Assembly (NCBI GenBank): GCA_016212855.1
Contig: JACRDP010000011.1
Location: forward strand, 12,120 to 76,119
Source of the DNA: Elusimicrobiota bacterium
GTDB taxonomy: Bacteria > Elusimicrobiota > Elusimicrobia > UBA1565 > UBA9628
Direction: 5' to 3'
DNA: 64,000 nt
The notes beneath the pieces were generated by a model. It made no database searches. It was not told the DNA's origin and worked only from the letters and a program-made list of their open reading frames with translations. Positions 58,393 through 64,000 of this stretch are shown in pieces. Position 1 is the stretch's first letter; every line of letters begins with the position of its first letter. A program made the translations under genes and the position numbers.

Positions 58393-59077
58393 CGTCCGAT
58401 GGCGCAGCGGGATCCCGCAGGCCGGCTTCGGAGAAGCCTTTCGCGCGGAGCTTACAGGAATCGCAGACGCCGCACGGCGTCTTGCCGCCGGCATAACATG
58501 ACCACGTCAACGAAAGCGGGGCGCCGACGGAACGGGCAAGCTTGACCACGCCTTTCTTGTCGAGGCGCAGGAGCGGGGCGAGAATCTTAAGAGACTTCCC
58601 CTCGGAACCTCTTTTGGTGCCTTCTTTGGCGACGCGTCCGAAAGCATTGATAAAAGGAGAGCGGCAGTCGGGGTAGCCGGAGTAGTCCAGGGCGTTCGCG
58701 CCGATGACGATGACTTCAGCGCCGACGGCGTCGGCTAAAGAAACGGCTAGCGACAAAAAGATGGTGTTGCGTCCGGGCACGTACGTCGAGGGGACTCCGC
58801 CACGGCCGATTTTTTTTAACGGAATATTTGGCAACCGGAGCCGGGCATTCGTGAGCGACGAGCCTTTAAGCCACGGCAAAGCCAAGTCAACCTCATGGAT
58901 TTGGACCTTCGCCGCGCGCGCAACGGCGCGCGCGGCGTTTAATTCACGGACGTGACGTTGACCGTAACGGATGGAGAGCGCGATCGGAGCATAACCTTCT
59001 TTTTTAGCCCAATATAAGCATGTGGTGGAATCCAAACCGCCCGACAGCAAGACAACGGCTTGCCGCTTCGCGGCCAC
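58358..59077 (-). CDS. queC: 7-cyano-7-deazaguanine synthase
   Basis: AVVLLSGGLDSTTCL (PP-loop) and a C-terminal Zn cluster CYAGGKTPCGVCDSCKLR. GTG start at 59077. Confidence 0.95.
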   Translation of the reverse strand: MAAKRQAVVLLSGGLDSTTCLYWAKKEGYAPIALSIRYGQRHVRELNAARAVARAAKVQIHEVDLALPWLKGSSLTNARLRLPNIPLKKIGRGGVPSTYVPGRNTIFLSLAVSLADAVGAEVIVIGANALDYSGYPDCRSPFINAFGRVAKEGTKRGSEGKSLKILAPLLRLDKKGVVKLARSVGAPLSLTWSCYAGGKTPCGVCDSCKLRAKGFSEAGLRDPAAPSDGYSQKFSAELL

Positions 59078-59856
59078 TACTTCTTCTCCGGGAACTTACC
59101 CTCGAGCGCTTCGCGGCAAATTCTTATCACATCCGCGCTGAAGTTCCCCTTATCCACCATCCAGTTGATGTAGGATCGGTCACCCCGCACCACTTCCCTC
59201 AACGTTTTGCCTTTGTGCTTATTTCCAAATCCAAATGCCGCTTCGCCGTTCTTCCAAACGAACTTCCCATCCACATCGACCCGGCCCGGATCCACTTGCC
59301 CGCACCAAGCTTCCAATCCCGCCACATCCTTAGGCAAATCTTGATACTTCTCGACTTGCGCCCACAGGATTTCCGCCGTCGCGCGGACGTCGGCCTCGGC
59401 GCGGTGGGCGCCCGTCAGGTCCTTGCCGCAGTAGAACTTGTAGGCGGCGGTGAGGTCGCGACGCTCTTTTTTGGCGAAGATCGTGAATGAGTCGACGACT
59501 CGTTTGCCGGGCTCGGGCCACTCGGCGCCGAAGCGCTTATATTCCGCGCTCATGAGCGGGATGTCGTATTTCGCGGCGTTGAAGCCGGACAGATCGGCGC
59601 CCTTGAAGATGTCGGCCAGCTTCGGCGCGAGATCCGACAGGCGCGGCTGATCCTTCACCATGTCGTCGGTGATGTGATGGATGGCCGAGGCCTCGGGCGG
59701 AATCGGCACGCCGGGGTTCACGAGCGAGGAGAAAACGGTCTCGGTCCCGTCGGGCTCCTTGCGCAGCACGCAGATGTCCACGATGCGGTCCTCGAGGACG
59801 TTCGTGCCGGTCGCCTCCAGGTCGAAGATGCACAGCGGTCGGTCGAGCTTGATCAT
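59077..59856 (-). CDS. DEDDh 3'-5' exonuclease (DnaQ-like) with a C-terminal DUF3820-like tail
   Basis: Exo I motif FDLEATG, Exo III motif HRAEADV, and the C-terminal GNKHKGKTLREV...YINWM. Start at ATG 59856. Confidence 0.85.
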   Translation of the reverse strand: MIKLDRPLCIFDLEATGTNVLEDRIVDICVLRKEPDGTETVFSSLVNPGVPIPPEASAIHHITDDMVKDQPRLSDLAPKLADIFKGADLSGFNAAKYDIPLMSAEYKRFGAEWPEPGKRVVDSFTIFAKKERRDLTAAYKFYCGKDLTGAHRAEADVRATAEILWAQVEKYQDLPKDVAGLEAWCGQVDPGRVDVDGKFVWKNGEAAFGFGNKHKGKTLREVVRGDRSYINWMVDKGNFSADVIRICREALEGKFPEKK

Positions 59857-60323
59857 TGGGTGGCACCGGGGATGAGCGAGGATGTGGAGACCGAGACGGG
59901 AGGGATGACCATTACCGGCGAGCCGCTGGAGACCTTGATGACCTCGACGGGCGCGCCTTTCGGACGGCATTCGTACTTCATGTGCTGGAAGGGCGCGATC
60001 TTGAAGTGGTCCATGCCCGTGCCGAGGTTGGTGGAGATGTCCTCGCCGGCGTAGGCGATGTCGGAGTCCTGGTGCTGGTACTCATCGAGCACCTGCGGCG
60101 AGAGGTCCTTGCCGCAGTTCTTGCGCATCAGACGCAGGGCGTGCCGGCGGCGGCCGGAAACGAACCAGGGCCAGCCGTCGGTCGAGTAGCGAACCTGGCC
60201 GCCGCCCAGGTCGACGAAACCGACTTCCTTGATCGGACCCTTGCGCGGCCTGCGGCGCTCGACCGTCTCGGCCACGCAGGACTGTAAAAGCAATAGGGCC
60301 ATGAAAAGTGCCGCGCGCTTCAT
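59853..60323 (-). CDS. Hypothetical lipoprotein (156 aa)
   Basis: MKRAALFMALLLLQSC. ATGA overlaps with both neighbours. No family recognised. Confidence 0.55.
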   Translation of the reverse strand: MKRAALFMALLLLQSCVAETVERRRPRKGPIKEVGFVDLGGGQVRYSTDGWPWFVSGRRRHALRLMRKNCGKDLSPQVLDEYQHQDSDIAYAGEDISTNLGTGMDHFKIAPFQHMKYECRPKGAPVEVIKVSSGSPVMVIPPVSVSTSSLIPGATQ

Positions 60324-61678
60324 TTCAATGCCCTCAGCTCGGCGGTTGACCCGGTCTCCGCCGCGAGTTCTCCGCCGGTCAGCCGCTCTGCGCAGCGCTT
60401 GCCGTCGAGGATGGTTTCTTCCATGAAGGAGTATTTCCAGCCGCCGTAGCGGCCGATGGACTCGACGCCGAGGGAATTCAGGTGGCGGAAGATCGCGTTC
60501 ACCGCGGGCGTGCGGGCGCGGTCGTAGACGACGTAGCCGACCGGAACGGGCATCCAGATCTTGGCGGAGATCTCGTCGCTGCGCCGCAGCAGGCCGGCAT
60601 CGCGCAGGCCCTTGATCATGGCGAGCTCGAGCTTGTCGCGGTCCACGCGGACGCCGCCGGGGCGCGCGGCCTCGAGATACAGGGCGGCGTGGCCCTCGGG
60701 AGCGAGGTGCGGCGAGAAGTTGCTCGAGTAGCCGACCCGGTAGAACGGATATTTCTTCTCGGGATAATAAATCCAATGCTTGTCGGCGGGCGCCGTGCGG
60801 TCGATGCCCACATTCAAATTCCAAACGGTGTTCCAACGCAGGTTCTTTCTCGCCGCTTTGACGTCGGCCGGCAAAGGCGTCGCGAGATCTAAAAATACGT
60901 TTAACGGGAGGGTGTTCACGAGGCGCTCGTAATGAACCTGGCCGAGGCCTTTCACCTCGGCGACCTTCTCGCGCAGATCGACGGCGATGACCGGGGACTC
61001 GAACCTTACGACCCCAGGTTCCAGGCGCTCCGCCAAAGCGTCGGGCAAGGCCTGGATTCCCCCTTTCACGGGGTAGCGGAACGAGGCGTTGTAGCCGAAC
61101 AGCTTGTTCTGATCGGCCAGCGCGCCGTAGATCACTTCGGACGGAGACGGCTTGGGCACGAAACGGCCCTGCCATTCGGTCGTGAGCTTCTGGAGCGGCG
61201 TGCGCCACAGCTTTTCGTTGTAGGGGCGCATGAACCGGCGCGTGATGCCGTCGCCGAAGGTCGCGCGGCACCAGGACAGGAAGTCGGGATCGGAGGGCAG
61301 CGCCCTCGGGCGATGCACCGTCTCGAGGAAGCCCGCCAGGCACTCGGCGACGGTTTCCGGAGGCAGGCCCTTGGTGTTGGCTTGAAACGGATAGCGCGTG
61401 TACGCTCCTTGAGAGTAGATCCACGCCTTGCGCTCATGGCTCGCCACGTTCTCCTTGAGTAGGTCGAGGATCAGGGATTTTCCGTATGGATCGTGGAGAT
61501 GGAGCAGGTGGCCGGTGTAGTCGAATGTGAAGCCGCGCGTCGTGACCGAGCCCGCCGTGCCGCCGACGGTGTCCTTGGCCTCGACGACTAGGCGCGAGCG
61601 CGCGCCGCGCAGGCCGAGGTGATGCGCGGCCGAGAGGCCCGCGAGGCCGCCGCCGAGGATCAGGACGTCGACCTTCAT
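60320..61678 (-). CDS. FAD-dependent oxidoreductase of the UDP-galactopyranose mutase/amine-oxidase-like family
   Basis: VLILGGGLAGLSAA Rossmann motif, YNEKLW, and a C-terminal GRYGGWKYSFMEE resembling the Glf GR..YkY.nMd pattern. Start at ATG 61678. Confidence 0.7.
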   Translation of the reverse strand: MKVDVLILGGGLAGLSAAHHLGLRGARSRLVVEAKDTVGGTAGSVTTRGFTFDYTGHLLHLHDPYGKSLILDLLKENVASHERKAWIYSQGAYTRYPFQANTKGLPPETVAECLAGFLETVHRPRALPSDPDFLSWCRATFGDGITRRFMRPYNEKLWRTPLQKLTTEWQGRFVPKPSPSEVIYGALADQNKLFGYNASFRYPVKGGIQALPDALAERLEPGVVRFESPVIAVDLREKVAEVKGLGQVHYERLVNTLPLNVFLDLATPLPADVKAARKNLRWNTVWNLNVGIDRTAPADKHWIYYPEKKYPFYRVGYSSNFSPHLAPEGHAALYLEAARPGGVRVDRDKLELAMIKGLRDAGLLRRSDEISAKIWMPVPVGYVVYDRARTPAVNAIFRHLNSLGVESIGRYGGWKYSFMEETILDGKRCAERLTGGELAAETGSTAELRALK

Positions 61679-62706
61679 TTCATCTCGACGAGCGCCATGC
61701 GGCGCCCGAGCCAGAGGACGAGGATTGCGACAATGACATACACCGCGATCGTGCTCTTCAACGGAAGCTGGGTCACCAGGAATGCGCAGAAGCTCATAAA
61801 ACCCGCGGCGGCGGCGGCCATGAGCACGACGCGCTCCCGGGGATGGCCCATTTTTTCCAAACGCAACGCGAAGTGGTCTTTCGAGCCGAGAAACGGCGAC
61901 TTGCCCTGGTTCAGGCGCAGGAGGCTGACGAACAAGGTGTCGAAGGCGGGCACGAAGAGGATCAGCAGCGGCGCGAACACGCCCGCGTCGTTGACGTCGG
62001 AGTAGCGCGTGCCGAGCGAGATCCCCGCGAGCAGGAAGCCGATGAACAGACTGCCGCAGTCGCCCATGAAGATCTTGTGCTTCTTCGACAGGTTCCAGGG
62101 TATGAAGCCCAACGCGGCCCCCGCGAGCGCGGCCGACGCGAAGTTGACGTAGAGCTCCTCCGACGGGAGCGAGATCATGAGGAAGCCGAGCGCGGCGACC
62201 GCCGCCTGGCTCGCCGACAGGCCGTCCATGATGTCGACGATGTTGAAGGCGTTGGTGACGCCCACGATCCACACCACGGTGACGGCCGCGGCCACGTAGG
62301 AGGGCGAGATGAAGCGCATGCGCAGGCCGAACAGGATGAGCAGGACCGCGGCCAGGATCTGCACGACGAACTTGGGCTTGTAGTCGATGCCCTCGGGGCG
62401 CTTGAAGTCGTCGAGCAGGCCGAGCGCGAAGACGAGCGTGCCGCCGAGGACGAGCGCGCGCAGGTTGTAGAGCGTGCCGGTCGGGAAGCTCGTGTTCAGG
62501 CGCAGCAGAAGCATGGTCGCCATGAAGCCGAGCCAGACCGCCACGCCGCCGAATACCGGCGTGGGCTCCTTGTGCGTCTTCACGGACGAGGTCGGCGCAT
62601 CGAGAAGTCCGAAACGAAGCGAAAGCAGGCGCACGAGCGGGGTCGCGAAGAAAGAGACGCCCGCCGCGCAGACGAACGAGGTGAAGAGCAGGCCCGCGTA
62701 GCTCAT
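61675..62706 (-). CDS. Glycosyltransferase family 4 polyprenyl-phosphate sugar-1-phosphate transferase (WecA/MraY family)
   Basis: VTNAFNIVDIMDGL and MGDCGSLFIGF motifs in a polytopic protein. Confidence 0.9.
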   Translation of the reverse strand: MSYAGLLFTSFVCAAGVSFFATPLVRLLSLRFGLLDAPTSSVKTHKEPTPVFGGVAVWLGFMATMLLLRLNTSFPTGTLYNLRALVLGGTLVFALGLLDDFKRPEGIDYKPKFVVQILAAVLLILFGLRMRFISPSYVAAAVTVVWIVGVTNAFNIVDIMDGLSASQAAVAALGFLMISLPSEELYVNFASAALAGAALGFIPWNLSKKHKIFMGDCGSLFIGFLLAGISLGTRYSDVNDAGVFAPLLILFVPAFDTLFVSLLRLNQGKSPFLGSKDHFALRLEKMGHPRERVVLMAAAAAGFMSFCAFLVTQLPLKSTIAVYVIVAILVLWLGRRMALVEMK

Positions 62707-64000
62707 CAGAGGCGTCCCACCACGCAGCCGCGGCCCGCGAACTCGGTCTTGAGGGTGTCCTCGAGTATTTTCCAGTTCTTCGCGCCCTCCGGCGTCAAAG
62801 AGCCGAGCCCGGCGCCGAGGCGCTCCGCCTCATGCGGGACGATCATCACCTTCGTGAAGCCCTCGGCGCGCAGGGCGCCCAGAAGCGCGGCGCCCGACTT
62901 CGCCTCGTTGGCCCGGCGCACGAACAGGTTGGGCATGTGCACGGTGCTGGGAAGATGGTTCGCGCCGAGGTAGTAGCCGCGCTGCTCCCCGATGACGAGC
63001 ACTTTATCATTCGCGGCGGCGTGCGTCTTGAGCCAATCCGCGCAGGCGTAGTAGTCGAGGCGGCGCGTCAGGAAGTCCTCGCGCTTTTCCAAACCAAACG
63101 CCGTCGAGCCCGAGCCGAAGGTCGAGTGCACGAAGGCGAACAGGAACACGTGCGCCGCGGTCATCACCGCGAGCGAGGAGCCGACGGCCCAGCGCGCCCA
63201 CGGCGCCAGCTGTTCCCACAGACGCACGAGGCCGCAGGCGCCGAGCAATGCGAGGATGGGCACGAGCACGGTCAAGAATCGCAGGACGACGCCGCTCGAG
63301 AACCACGCCGCGCCCCACAGGAAGCAGAACAGCAGAAGGCCGCGAAGCGTCTTGTTCTTCGACGCGGCCCAGGCCCCGAGCGGGAGCAGCCACAGGATCA
63401 CGTCCCAGCCCAGGTCGCCGAGCACGTCCATCCCTCCGCCGAAACGCAAAGGATTGCGAAGCAGGAGGATCGGCAGATTGATCAGGCTGTGGAAAAAGCC
63501 GCCGACATGCCCGTACTCCACGAGCACCCTGAAATATCCGGCGGCGAGCTCGGCGTTCCAGCCCGTGCCCGTGTTCTCGAAGTATTTGTAGAGAAACGGG
63601 AAGACCGGATTGCGCACGCAGATCCAGTTCTTGATCAGCCACGGGGCGAATAAAGCGGAAACGATTCCCGTGAACAGAAGCAGATCCTCGACGCGTTCCC
63701 GGCGCCGGTCGAAGGCCCAGGCATAGAGCAGCCGGAGGCCGAAGGCCGCCGCCCCGATGCCCGCGTAATACTTGGTGCCGAGCGCGAGCCCGGTGAACAA
63801 AGCCGAGAGGATCAGCCAACCGCGCGCCTCGCCGCCCTCGGGCGCGAGCTGGCGCCAGCGTTCGAAGGAAAGGGCCGCCGCGGTAATCCAAAGCATGACG
63901 AGAGGCTCGACGTAGGTCGTCGAGGACATGAGCAGGACGGCCGCGTGCGTGGAAATGAAGAGGCTCGCGAGCAAAATCGCGCTCATCGGGGCCTCGCGGC
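62706..64000 (-). CDS. Polytopic membrane protein, ArnT/PMT-like (GT39/GT83-type) glycosyltransferase candidate; 5' end probably beyond the window
   Basis: At least 426 aa with many TM segments, a GTKYY motif and a soluble C-terminal domain. The frame stays open upstream of the first Met, at 63986, to the window edge. Confidence 0.45.
   Translation of the reverse strand, partial: REAPMSAILLASLFISTHAAVLLMSSTTYVEPLVMLWITAAALSFERWRQLAPEGGEARGWLILSALFTGLALGTKYYAGIGAAAFGLRLLYAWAFDRRRERVEDLLLFTGIVSALFAPWLIKNWICVRNPVFPFLYKYFENTGTGWNAELAAGYFRVLVEYGHVGGFFHSLINLPILLLRNPLRFGGGMDVLGDLGWDVILWLLPLGAWAASKNKTLRGLLLFCFLWGAAWFSSGVVLRFLTVLVPILALLGACGLVRLWEQLAPWARWAVGSSLAVMTAAHVFLFAFVHSTFGSGSTAFGLEKREDFLTRRLDYYACADWLKTHAAANDKVLVIGEQRGYYLGANHLPSTVHMPNLFVRRANEAKSGAALLGALRAEGFTKVMIVPHEAERLGAGLGSLTPEGAKNWKILEDTLKTEFAGRGCVVGRL

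Noticed and set aside
58348-59100. Expectation of a preQ1 riboswitch associated with queC/queE
   Set aside because: queC is internal to an overlapping-gene chain: its GTG overlaps the exonuclease stop, so there is no leader region. The only structure nearby is the 40-nt palindrome at the 3' end, which does not resemble the small preQ1 aptamers I know.

Overview
High-GC bacterial chromosomal segment from a diderm organism (Omp85, TolC and OmpA-type genes present). It is densely packed, and many adjacent genes share 1-4 nt stop/start overlaps. The content is overwhelmingly housekeeping. It includes an aromatic amino-acid super-operon on the minus strand (trpBA, all seven shikimate-pathway genes, trpEG, then a degenerate trpC-like ORF) and a second trpDCF cluster. 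Also present are aconitase, fumarase, mutS-mutL, queC-queE, a Cu/Ag-type RND efflux operon (TolC-like, CusB-like, CusA-like) with uncharacterised flanking small proteins, an extracytoplasmic MsrBA/CcdA/TlpA methionine-sulfoxide repair module, a desaturase/methyltransferase cluster after mutL, and a WecA/Glf-like/ArnT-like envelope glycan cluster. I found no rRNA, tRNA, CRISPR array, transposase, integrase or recognisable defence island, so I cannot point to a clear novel multi-gene system. The observations most worth a second look are listed here. (1) A promoter-to-terminator-bounded, non-coding, highly structured approx 245 nt candidate sRNA at 57.3-57.6 kb. (2) Four long perfect palindromes or hairpins in gene junctions; two share the core TGTTGTCGACAACA and both lie in trp contexts. 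(3) A catalytically degenerate, truncated TrpC paralog after trpG. (4) A recurrent -10 hexamer exactly 6 nt upstream of start codons, which implies widespread leaderless mRNAs and supports two small ORFs. (5) Several uncharacterised secreted or membrane proteins: a caspase-like lipoprotein, a Cys-His-Asp secreted protein, an orphan CpaB-like protein, and Cys/Met/His-rich proteins in the efflux operon. Many long ORFs in the track are antisense or N-terminally extended high-GC artefacts and were rejected.
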